64,000 nucleotides of DNA from Bdellovibrionales bacterium (GTDB taxonomy: Bacteria; Bdellovibrionota; Bdellovibrionia; Bdellovibrionales; JAGQZY01): positions 5,667-69,666 of the forward strand of contig CAXRIX010000167.1 in the NCBI GenBank assembly GCA_964230555.1, given 5' to 3'. This document shows positions 29,222 through 37,749 of the stretch, piece by piece. The notes below the pieces were generated by a model, which worked only from the letters and a program-made list of their open reading frames with translations, did not search any database and had not been told where the DNA came from. A program made the position numbers and the translations under genes. Every line of letters begins with the position of its first letter. Positions within the stretch are counted from its first letter, which is position 1.

Positions 29222-30079
29222 TTAGCCTTGATCGTGGAAGGTTCGGCGAAAGGTATGGTATTCAAAGGGCACCACAGGCTGATTGCCATAGGTGAACGGA
29301 ACTTGAAATTGAATATTGGCTCCATCTGTGAACCAAAAATCCGCCTTGATGACTTGGTTGGGAAGGTTTGGGTCGGAAAGATAAATTTTACGAGCATCAA
29401 AGTCGATTTTAAGAACAACGATGGCGTGAGCCGAATCCCGTTGGTCTGGTCGAGGGCGTGCCGGGTGCACGGACACGATAGCAATAGCATCACTCCGCAT
29501 AGATTGAAACAGGCGACTGGCCTGGAACTCTCGCACACTGGGCACCATAGAAATATTAATTTCTTGCGCCATCGAATCATACTGCATTCGCTGAAGTAGA
29601 TGAATCATGATCGACAGAGTGGCTTCCGACATTTCGGGCATAAACGCCCCCAAGCGCGCATCCAAACCTGTGTGTTCGTAATAAGCGCGGACAACCATCT
29701 CAAGGATCTCAGGGGAATTCGTTTTGAATTGCCGAAAGTTGTGAGGCTGGGTGGTCATAGCTCCCACCACGTTTGTGATACAGGTCGAAGCACACAAGCC
29801 GCCATTGGGATCTAAGAGCCCTCGAGAGTTCAACTCGGTGGCCAATTGTTGTAAAAGCATGTTGTGTTCAGCCAATTCCAGGAAAACGCGGGCGGCCGAT
29901 GTTTCGGAAAACTCTTCGGCTCTCGCCAATTCAAGGTTAGGCAATTGGGGTTGTGCCGCCATTCGGGTAAGAAGATTCGGGCGGTAGACCTCAAAACATC
30001 TGTCCTGTGCCAGAAGTGGAGAACTGACAAGGGAGAAAAGTAGTATTAAAAAAAGGGGATAGAAGTTGTTTTGTAACAC
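29222..30079 (-). CDS. Secreted protein with a papain-fold (peptidase C39-like) Cys/His/Asp signature
   Basis: Signal peptide MLQNNFYPLFLILLFSLVSSPLLA. Candidate triad contexts are NGGLC(96)ASTC, SAH(218)AIVVL and KIYLSD(236)PN. GTG start lies 5 nt after the stop of the upstream membrane paralog. Confidence 0.4.
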   Translation of the reverse strand: MLQNNFYPLFLILLFSLVSSPLLAQDRCFEVYRPNLLTRMAAQPQLPNLELARAEEFSETSAARVFLELAEHNMLLQQLATELNSRGLLDPNGGLCASTCITNVVGAMTTQPHNFRQFKTNSPEILEMVVRAYYEHTGLDARLGAFMPEMSEATLSIMIHLLQRMQYDSMAQEINISMVPSVREFQASRLFQSMRSDAIAIVSVHPARPRPDQRDSAHAIVVLKIDFDARKIYLSDPNLPNQVIKADFWFTDGANIQFQVPFTYGNQPVVPFEYHTFRRTFHDQG

Positions 30080-30084
30080 CGTTT

Positions 30085-30504
30085 TCAGTCGAAACTAATT
30101 TTAAGTGAACCTAAAATCAAGGTGTAAGTCGCTTTTAAAAAGGCACCCAAAAGAATTCCTAAAAGCAGCATCACTGAAACCACGCCAAACCAGGCAAAAG
30201 TGTTACTGATGGTGAAAGCCACCTTATAAAAATCGAAAGGCATTCCAAAAAAGTTCAGGACACCAATGATAGCGATCGATCCTGTGACGCCACCAAACAG
30301 AAAACAGAGAGGCCATTCGAGCATTTGACTGGATCGTCGAATAGAGAGCCCCATAAATACGGACAGGATAAACGGTGCTAAGAAATACTCACCCAAAGGA
30401 ACTTTGGTGAGGTGACCATTCATGCCGACGACGATGGCATAATAGATAAATCCAAAGAAACTCAATAATACTAAATCTCTATTTTGGTTATAAATATTCA
30501 TCAT
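30085..30504 (-). CDS. Small 4-TM membrane protein, paralog P1 of a three-member family
   Basis: The ATG at 30504 follows AGGAGA. It shares the N-terminal NxxDL motif and central LEW motif (MLEWPLCFLFGGVTGSI) with P2 and P3. Confidence 0.6.
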   Translation of the reverse strand: MMNIYNQNRDLVLLSFFGFIYYAIVVGMNGHLTKVPLGEYFLAPFILSVFMGLSIRRSSQMLEWPLCFLFGGVTGSIAIIGVLNFFGMPFDFYKVAFTISNTFAWFGVVSVMLLLGILLGAFLKATYTLILGSLKISFD

Positions 30505-30640
30505 TCCGTCTCCTACCCTAATATGGAGCAAGAGCGATGCCTGCTGAAATCAAAGCAAAGAGGGGATGGCGTCGATAAGATGCCTAAAATTGAAAACCAG
30601 TGACAATTTGGGGCGACTTCTTGGGGCCTCAGATTGCTTT

Positions 30641-31111
30641 CTAGGGGTTGGCCGAAGGCCATTCTTCAATCACGATCTCGCGAAGCTCAGCAATCGTATG
30701 AAAGGCTTCTAGATATTCGGGATTTTCAATGTAGTCCTGGGCGTCGGCCAGAGTGCAAAGTTCATAAAGTGTCGCGAAAGACTGGGAGAGAGCCTCCACA
30801 GCCGTCTCATCCAGAGTGGTGTCGACTCGGTTTTTGAGATCCTTTGCTAGGGCATCGGCATAGGCTTCACCATTATTGACCATGGGCTCGCACCAATAGG
30901 TCTCATCGGCGGCGGCTAAGCCATTTTCAAAATTTTCTAAATCAAGTTTCATTAAAGCCAGTAGAGGGCGCAAGGCTGTTTGTGACAATTGCGATTTGAC
31001 CACGATGGGGGCGTTGGATTTTGATCGGGTCGTAATGTCCTCTGATGTGAAGGCGGCCAAAGATCCGATAAGAGCTATATGGGTAAGGATAATCCAAACA
31101 AGCCGTCTCAC
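30641..31111 (-). CDS. Hypothetical secreted alpha-helical acidic protein
   Basis: Signal/anchor MRRLVWIILTHIALIGSLAA. Its GTG start overlaps the P2 TGA (GTGA), implying translational coupling. Confidence 0.5.
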   Translation of the reverse strand: MRRLVWIILTHIALIGSLAAFTSEDITTRSKSNAPIVVKSQLSQTALRPLLALMKLDLENFENGLAAADETYWCEPMVNNGEAYADALAKDLKNRVDTTLDETAVEALSQSFATLYELCTLADAQDYIENPEYLEAFHTIAELREIVIEEWPSANP

Positions 31112-31515
31112 AATGTATTCCTTCGGTAATAATTACCCATAACAAGCTTTTGCAACATAAAGCCTGAAGGAATGGCTATGATCCATGAAGAAAGGAGAAA
31201 CAGGCTGTACTCTCCGGCTTTCATGGTCGCGCGAATGACTTCCAAAACAGGTAAGTGATCCATCCAGAAGGCCCTTAAAAACCAAGGAAATAAAGTCATT
31301 AGCAATATCCCTAAAGCGAACAAAAGCGCCCATTCAATCGACTGATAAAGATAATTCATAAAAAGTCCGGATAGGAATCCAAAACCTAGAACTAAAACAA
31401 ATTGGTGCTGGACTGAAAGTGGTAAAAGATATGAATTTAAAAAAACGATGCCACTGCCAGCAATCAGCATAATAAACAAATCATTGTTTCTGCTAACAAA
31501 AGGATTGTGGTCCAT
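31108..31515 (-). CDS. Small 4-TM membrane protein, paralog P2
   Basis: AAGGAG RBS. IEWALLFALGILLMTL and C-terminal LLSSWIIAIPSGFMLQKLVMGNYYRRN align with P3. Confidence 0.65.
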   Translation of the reverse strand: MDHNPFVSRNNDLFIMLIAGSGIVFLNSYLLPLSVQHQFVLVLGFGFLSGLFMNYLYQSIEWALLFALGILLMTLFPWFLRAFWMDHLPVLEVIRATMKAGEYSLFLLSSWIIAIPSGFMLQKLVMGNYYRRNTL

Positions 31516-31722
31516 TTTTACTCCTTGGTCGAAAGACCGTTGCTGTTAAGTTCGCCATACGAACTCTGTTAAGCCTTTAAAATTGCAAGGAGTATTCCAT
31601 GTCATCTCAAAATGAGATGGTCTAGGCCAATTTTTTAAACCCTTTTCAGGGTTGAACTGTTTAGATTATTGACGGCTGATTAAGTCTTGAAGTTTGTTGT
31701 GCCAGGCCATTTTCTTCCGCTG

Positions 31723-32133
31723 TTAGAAGAAACGGGCGTGACGGTAATAGTTTCGATTGTAAATTTTTGAGAGTAAAAAGCCCAAGGGTAACGAAACAAT
31801 CCAAGGACTCAAAAGCATCAGAATAAAGGGGAATCCATGGAGGGCTGTCTCAAGGACCGATCGGAGATCGAGATCTCCCGTATTAAAATAGTGAAGACCC
31901 TGAGGAACCGTTAGGGCGATTAAAACACCTAAGCCAAAACCAATGATCCATTCTAAAATTTCATCAACCTCTGGAGCAAAACTCCCTAGGAAAAAAGCCA
32001 AGAGTCCTGAGGCGATCCACAGTTGGTGGGTTTCGAGCGGATAAATAAAAGAGTGGGTATAGCTAAGGGCGAGGCCGTAGAGAAACACGACAATAAGGTC
32101 GCCGATGTTAAAAAATATATTGGGTCGTTCCAT
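31723..32133 (-). CDS. Small 4-TM membrane protein, paralog P3
   Basis: The ATG at 32133 follows GGAG (the ORF-track start at 32154 lacks an RBS). LEWIIGFGLGVLIALT and LLSPWIVSLPLGFLLSKIYNRNYYRH align with P2. Confidence 0.65.
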   Translation of the reverse strand: MERPNIFFNIGDLIVVFLYGLALSYTHSFIYPLETHQLWIASGLLAFFLGSFAPEVDEILEWIIGFGLGVLIALTVPQGLHYFNTGDLDLRSVLETALHGFPFILMLLSPWIVSLPLGFLLSKIYNRNYYRHARFF

Positions 32134-32524
32134 TTCGTTGCTCCATTTCGCCATTGCTTAAGCCGTTTTGATTTTTACTCCTGATCTTTTCAAAACGAAC
32201 TTGTGATTATTAGAAGCAAGTTTCATACCACGCTCCAGGTAAACTTAAGCTATTTCATAGGGTTAGGGTGTTTACAAAGCTTAAGCCTGTTTACAATTAA
32301 GACGTTTCATTTTGAGAAATAAACACAGTGACCCTGTGTTTTATGGGAAGTGGAGCAATCTTGGAAACCGACTAAGTTCTTTAAGAGAACAGTAAGTTCG
32401 AATCGCATTTTAAACTCCGGCCATTGGGAAAACGCTAAGATTTTGGGCTTGTTTCTGGAAGTTTTTAAATTACCAGCAGCAGGAATTTGTAGGTTTAATG
32501 AACGAAAGATAACATCCTCAATTC

Positions 32525-32562
32525 AAAAAAAAACTCCGGCTGTCGCACGGAGTTTTTTTTTT
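32525..32562. terminator. Bidirectional intrinsic terminator downstream of the DUF2259-like gene
   Basis: aaaaaaaaACTCCGGCtgtcGCaCGGAGTtttttttttt, with A9 and T10 flanks. Confidence 0.75.
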
Positions 32563-32594
32563 CTTTTAAATTTCACTTCTTCTATTTAAAGGAA

Positions 32595-33359
32595 TTAAAA
32601 GTTCTGAATATTGAATGGCATAGTGATAAAGCTGGTGTCCGGTCCTTCAAAGCCGAAGTTATTGTATGACACTAAAACGACGACCTGATCGCCAAAAGCA
32701 AAAGCCGAGTTTAAGCTATAGTCGTAAGGGCACCAACGGGAAAACGGAACGCGTTTGTCTTCATGAAGAACTTGCGTGCTGGTGTAAGAATCAAATCCAA
32801 AAGCCCGTACACTGTATCCTAAGAAAGAGTTCTCAGCTGGGTAGGCTGAAGTTTCATCAATATCAAAAGAGAATGTCTTACAAGTTTCGAAACGTTCTTT
32901 AAGAGCGTCGGAGTTAATGTAGGGATCGTTTTCCATATTGACGGGCATTTTTGAAAGGGTCATGCCTATATACTTGCCTTTGTAATTCATTGTCGAAATG
33001 CGGGGAGCCACACTAATGTGAACCACTTCACCGTTGCTGGCTTTAATGCCATAGTTGTTGAGCATGGCTTCGGCATCGCTCTGAGCCCCTTCCACCCAAA
33101 CACTAAAAGCCGGCAATACCACGCCTTCGGCCTCGGGTTCAGCAATGACTTTCTCTTGGGAGTCGACATATTTATCATCTTCCACGTCTAAGACACGAAT
33201 CATCGAATAGTGTCCACCAGATCCGTCCATAAGAATTGCTTCTTGAAAAGCCATGTAGCGGCCATCATTAGAAAAGCCGAGAAAATTAATGAACGAGGTG
33301 TCTTCAGCAAACACGAGAGATGAGGTCAGTAGGGTCAGTAAAAAAATAATATTTTTCAT
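32595..33359 (-). CDS. Secreted DUF2259-like protein
   Basis: Signal peptide. The N-terminal block FLGFSNDGRYMAFQEAILMDGSGGHYSMIRVLDV and C-terminal GFEGPD resemble the DUF2259 family as I recall it. AAAGGAG RBS. Confidence 0.5.
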   Translation of the reverse strand: MKNIIFLLTLLTSSLVFAEDTSFINFLGFSNDGRYMAFQEAILMDGSGGHYSMIRVLDVEDDKYVDSQEKVIAEPEAEGVVLPAFSVWVEGAQSDAEAMLNNYGIKASNGEVVHISVAPRISTMNYKGKYIGMTLSKMPVNMENDPYINSDALKERFETCKTFSFDIDETSAYPAENSFLGYSVRAFGFDSYTSTQVLHEDKRVPFSRWCPYDYSLNSAFAFGDQVVVLVSYNNFGFEGPDTSFITMPFNIQNF

Positions 33360-33498
33360 ATTTAAGCTCCTTTATTTTTTAATAATCGAGAGCCTAGTGG
33401 AATGACTGAACAATCGCCATTGGAAATCAATCACTGAAAATATTGCAACCGCCCACTTCCCAAAAGAGAAATAATGACGCAAAATTTTCAAGAACTGT

Positions 33499-34677
33499 TT
33501 AGAGAATGGAGTCCACAAACTCCGACGAGTTAAAGGGGCGTAAATCCTCGATCTTTTCTCCGACGCCGATCATTTTAATGGGCAATTTGTGTTCACAAGC
33601 GATGCCCACGGCGACGCCGCCTTTGGCTGAACCATCCATTTTAGTTAAAATAACTCCGCTGACGCCAAGGGCTTGGTGAAATTGCTCGGTTTGCATCAAA
33701 GCGTTTTGGCCAGAGTTGGCGTCGAGAACTAGAATCGTTTCGTGAGGCGTTCCTTCGAGAGCTTTGTTCATAACCCGTTTCATTTTTTTTAGCTCTTCCA
33801 TAAGGTTCTTTTGGGTGTGCAGGCGTCCTGCGGTATCAATAATCACCAAATCAAAGCCTTTACTTTCCCCTTTTTTCACAGCATCAAAAGCCACGGCACT
33901 CGGATCCTTGAGGCCTTCAGGACTAAAAATTTCAACTTCGGCTCGGGTCGCCCAGACTTTTAATTGCTCATCGGCGGCGGCTCGAAAGGTATCTCCGGCG
34001 GCAATCAAAACTCGTTTTCCTTTCGCAACCTGTTGACTGGCCAGCTTACCGATAGTGGTTGTTTTACCGGCGCCGTTGACTCCGACCACCATCCAAACGG
34101 TGGTGCTCTGCCCGGGTTTGGTGTCCAGATCACTGGTTTTCACCGAGGCAAATATGGTATTGAGTTCCTTTTTAAGAGACTGATGCAAAGACTCCACACT
34201 CATAGTGCTATCTTGCAATTGAGCGGTCACGTTGGTGATTAAGTGGTCGACAGTTTTCGGTCCAAGGTCACTGGTGTAGAGAGCTTCTTCAAGGTCCTCT
34301 ATTTCATTGGAGCCAATAGAGGGCTTGCCAGAAAATTGATTCTTTAATTTCCCCCAAAATCCAGCCCGTGTTTTGGAAAGGGCGTCTTCAAGTGATTTAA
34401 GTTGCTTTCTATCTTTACTGACTTTCTCGACAGGTTTTTCGACTGCGGGCTCTTTAACACTCGGTGTTTCCGTGTCTGTGTCACTCGGAATTTGAAACTC
34501 TTCGGTGTCCGCCAGTGGGTCTTTGCGATTATCAATTTTTTTTGGGGTCGGGGGCGGCATTTCAACCGTTTTCGGCTGACTGGGTTTACGGTAAAAATAG
34601 TAACCAACACCAACCCCACCGAGGCCAACCACACCTGAGACAATATAAATCAGCAGTTCCATTTCGATCATAAGCAC
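33499..34677 (-). CDS. ftsY: Signal recognition particle receptor FtsY
   Basis: N-terminal membrane anchor plus an acidic linker. NG-domain motifs are GVNGAGKTTTIGKLA, DTAGRLH and TKMDGSAKGG. The start could be the ATG at 34671. Confidence 0.93.
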   Translation of the reverse strand: MLMIEMELLIYIVSGVVGLGGVGVGYYFYRKPSQPKTVEMPPPTPKKIDNRKDPLADTEEFQIPSDTDTETPSVKEPAVEKPVEKVSKDRKQLKSLEDALSKTRAGFWGKLKNQFSGKPSIGSNEIEDLEEALYTSDLGPKTVDHLITNVTAQLQDSTMSVESLHQSLKKELNTIFASVKTSDLDTKPGQSTTVWMVVGVNGAGKTTTIGKLASQQVAKGKRVLIAAGDTFRAAADEQLKVWATRAEVEIFSPEGLKDPSAVAFDAVKKGESKGFDLVIIDTAGRLHTQKNLMEELKKMKRVMNKALEGTPHETILVLDANSGQNALMQTEQFHQALGVSGVILTKMDGSAKGGVAVGIACEHKLPIKMIGVGEKIEDLRPFNSSEFVDSIL

Positions 34678-34709
34678 CCCTTAAAACTGAATGCTGCGAT
34701 ATACCTCGG

Positions 34710-36179
34710 TCACTGACAGACGGCAAGGGATGTGGCCGCATGATTCACGCCAGCTGAAAATAAGGCCCGTGGAGGGTGAGGAGGCTCAGGAGTTTGTCGA
34801 TTGACTCCCATCCGGTAAACTTCAGGGTTTTCTCGATCTTGGAAGATCTGCACAGCCACAGGCACGACATTAAAAGCCACAGAAATCTGTCGAGAAGAGG
34901 TCTCTTGAACCCGTAGGCGGATCAGTGGCATCTGGGTGAAAACCTCAACGCCCTGAACGCGGTCGGGTCGACTCTCTGACCGTAAGCAGCGGGGGGTGAT
35001 TTGAACCAGGGTTTCAAAAAAGGCTCTTTTGGTCGCAGTTCCCACCGTATTGGAGCGCAGGTTCAAAATACGTTCCCACTTGGCAAGGAGGTGGGCTGGG
35101 CCGTCGCCTTGTTCAATATTGTTCATGTCAATCGGGTCCCATTCAACAGGGTGATTGTCGCCAAGGATTTGCTCCACGCGCGTTTTAATTTCATCGTTTT
35201 TGGCACGCAAGGCTTCGATAATCAATTGCTCTTTGAGGCTTTGGTGTTGAGCCGGGTCGTAAGCGCAAGTGTCTGGCAAATCATCATCGGCTGGGATACA
35301 GGCAAACGGGCTGGCCACCACCGATTGGCTAACGATGATTTCTTCTTGGTTAATCTGGGTGTCGTGAATGTGCGAAAGAGCGGCCACGGGTTGATAGCCT
35401 TCGTCGGTGGGCTTGAAGAGCAAGCTGCCAGAAAAACCTTTGGTAATGTCTTGGTCACAATCAAGCAATGCGATGGGGCTGATGTCGGAGTTGTACTCGG
35501 GAACCGCCAAGCTGTTCTGGCGACTGGTGCAAGTGATTTTTTGCAAAATCAGATCCGCAGAATCTTGTTTTTGTAGGGGAACAAAGGCCATTAGCTCTTC
35601 TTGATCAGGAATCGGGCGGGGATCCATTGCGGTGAAGCGTTCGGGAAAACTATGTTGCAATTGAATGATAGCCCAGTCGGGTTGTGGCTCATCACTGGCA
35701 AGATCAGCAATGGGGGCTGACAACGAAATAATTTTTTTACAATCCACACGCTCAATTTGGTTTCCGGCATGGGTTTGCGGAAGGATCACTTGTATTCGGT
35801 TTTCACAGTTTTGTTCGGCCGCTTGTAGGTCATCGGGGAGGCAGTGGCGACTGGTTAAGAATTGATCGGCAGCGATCAAACCACCAAAACAACTTGAGGT
35901 GATCTGTACAGGCTTGGCTTGCGTGGCATCAACGGTCATGGCCACCAATTGTCCGACAGAGGCCGGGCAATCGGGACAATCAAATTGATAGCGTGGCAAG
36001 TTGTCCTCAACTTCACCCCAATGAAAAAAAGGCGGTTTCGAAGCCTGCTGATAGCGTTGAATTTGCTGCTGATTCAAAGATTCCGTGCTGGGAAGAGAAC
36101 TGATTTGAGTTGAATTATCGGAGCCACAAGCCACCAATAGGGTAAGCAAAACAAAGGGAAACCCACTCAATATCTTCAC
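34710..36179 (-). CDS. Lipoprotein with an N-terminal trypsin-like (S1) serine peptidase domain and a roughly 230-aa uncharacterised C-terminal region
   Basis: Lipobox LLVACGS. Triad contexts are LTSRH(112)C, D(168)WAIIQL and KGFS(250)GSLLF, with S1-like spacing. Confidence 0.55.
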   Translation of the reverse strand: MKILSGFPFVLLTLLVACGSDNSTQISSLPSTESLNQQQIQRYQQASKPPFFHWGEVEDNLPRYQFDCPDCPASVGQLVAMTVDATQAKPVQITSSCFGGLIAADQFLTSRHCLPDDLQAAEQNCENRIQVILPQTHAGNQIERVDCKKIISLSAPIADLASDEPQPDWAIIQLQHSFPERFTAMDPRPIPDQEELMAFVPLQKQDSADLILQKITCTSRQNSLAVPEYNSDISPIALLDCDQDITKGFSGSLLFKPTDEGYQPVAALSHIHDTQINQEEIIVSQSVVASPFACIPADDDLPDTCAYDPAQHQSLKEQLIIEALRAKNDEIKTRVEQILGDNHPVEWDPIDMNNIEQGDGPAHLLAKWERILNLRSNTVGTATKRAFFETLVQITPRCLRSESRPDRVQGVEVFTQMPLIRLRVQETSSRQISVAFNVVPVAVQIFQDRENPEVYRMGVNRQTPEPPHPPRALFSAGVNHAATSLAVCQ

Positions 36180-36297
36180 AACGCAATTATATTGTTATAT
36201 CCTTAAAAACCACAGCCACCATGAAATATTCACAGGACTGTCAAAACCTTTGTCGACACTATTTCTTCAGGGGTATTTCAACATCTTAGAGGAATAA

Positions 36298-37491
36298 ATG
36301 GGTAACCTTAATCCAAAATTTTTTGCAATTTACATAATTTTTGGAAGTATCGTTCATTTTTGGTATGGCCTATTTTTTCATTTGTTTTACTTACCACCTG
36401 GAGAACCTCTTTGGGCACGTTGGCCAGTTGTCATTTTTGGACTTGGTGTGGGATTTAGTATTTTAATATTTCGGCTAGATTTAAAGTGGAGTGAGAGGCT
36501 CTTTAATGTAGGGATTTTTCTTTTTAGTTGGCACTGTATTTATTTAATGGACAACACTCACCTTCCTCAAGATTACTTCCAAGCCTTTACATTGCTTATT
36601 ATTGCTTGCAGTCTCATGGTCTTTGATTTGAAGGTACTGCTAATCTATTTGTTTTCAACTTCTCTTTTCGCTTTATTGGTAGCGTTTAGAATTGAAGGCA
36701 GTTTTTCTACCAGTTTCCAAGTAATGAATCTGATTATCCTGAATTGTATAGTTTTATTTGCTAGTTTCTTGAAAATACAATTAACTCAAAAGTTGAATTT
36801 GGCACGGGAGTTGTCTGAGAACTCGAAAAAACATCTCGAATTGTCCTATAAAAATAACTTGCAGGCCGCACATGACCTGTCATCTCCGGTGTCGGCGATT
36901 AATGTGGTGGCGGAAAAGATTAAATATGAGGATCCTAAGCTTTATAAAATGTTGCAGTCCTCAGTAGAACGAATCAAAGATATCAGTCGAGATTTGTTGG
37001 TTGAGCATCGCGAGAAACGTGAGCAGGTGGAGTCGGATTTTTTTGATATAGAAAACAATATCTCTCAGATCGTGGCGGACAAAAGGCAAGAATACAAGGA
37101 TACTCCCCATTTCTTTATAATGTATCGAGTGACAGCACCGGTGATCAATCAGGTTAAAATTCCAAAAACCGAGTTCTACCGAGTGCTCTCAAATATCATC
37201 AATAACAGCATGGACGCCATGGAGCGACAAACAGAAAAGCGAATCAAAATTGTTATCGATCCGCGACCCGAAGATGTGTCGCTTCTCATCACGGACAATG
37301 GTGAAGGAATTTCTGAGGACCAAGTGGCCCATATTTTCGAAGAGAATGTCAGTTTTAAAGAGGACGGCACAGGATTGGGGCTAAGCTTTGCTCGCCAGAA
37401 GGTCAGAGAATGGGGCGGCGAGATCCATTTAAAATCGACCAGCGGTAAAGGAACCACTTTTGAATTGATAATTCCCTTTTCGTTTACCTAG
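36298..37491 (+). CDS. Membrane sensor histidine kinase (orphan; no adjacent response regulator)
   Basis: About six hydrophobic N-terminal segments. H-box AAHDLSSPVSAI, N-box NIINNSMDAM, G1 DNGEGI, G2 GTGLGLSF. Confidence 0.85.
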   Translation: MGNLNPKFFAIYIIFGSIVHFWYGLFFHLFYLPPGEPLWARWPVVIFGLGVGFSILIFRLDLKWSERLFNVGIFLFSWHCIYLMDNTHLPQDYFQAFTLLIIACSLMVFDLKVLLIYLFSTSLFALLVAFRIEGSFSTSFQVMNLIILNCIVLFASFLKIQLTQKLNLARELSENSKKHLELSYKNNLQAAHDLSSPVSAINVVAEKIKYEDPKLYKMLQSSVERIKDISRDLLVEHREKREQVESDFFDIENNISQIVADKRQEYKDTPHFFIMYRVTAPVINQVKIPKTEFYRVLSNIINNSMDAMERQTEKRIKIVIDPRPEDVSLLITDNGEGISEDQVAHIFEENVSFKEDGTGLGLSFARQKVREWGGEIHLKSTSGKGTTFELIIPFSFT

Positions 37492-37749
37492 TCCTCGGAA
37501 AATAGATTGAAACAATTGTGCTGAGTCGGAACGAGCTGATATTTCAGATTGATTCGTCTGTCAGGGGCCTCCTTGAGAGGTGTGTCGCCGATTGTAGATA
37601 ACTCATAGTCAAAAAATCAGGAAGTTAACTAAAGGTTTGTCAAATTCTTAGACGTCCGTTGATCTTTTTCAATGGTCACTGTTTTTTTCTTTGGTCCTAG
37701 AAAACCATGTTAGGGTTCGAGCACTGTAAAAAACTAAAGGAGAACTGTT

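Noticed and set aside
32350-32589. A 79-aa plus-strand ORF lies upstream of P3.
   Set aside because: It has a GTG/TTG-type start without an SD and runs straight through the bidirectional terminator at 32525-32562. No domain signal.
36800-36814. A sigma54-like promoter string occurs: TGGCACG-ggag-TTGT.
   Set aside because: It lies in the middle of the histidine-kinase coding sequence and has TTGT instead of TTGC. No downstream gene start or enhancer-binding-protein gene is nearby. The TGGCAC cores in the 52.9-kb palindromes also lack a -12 element.
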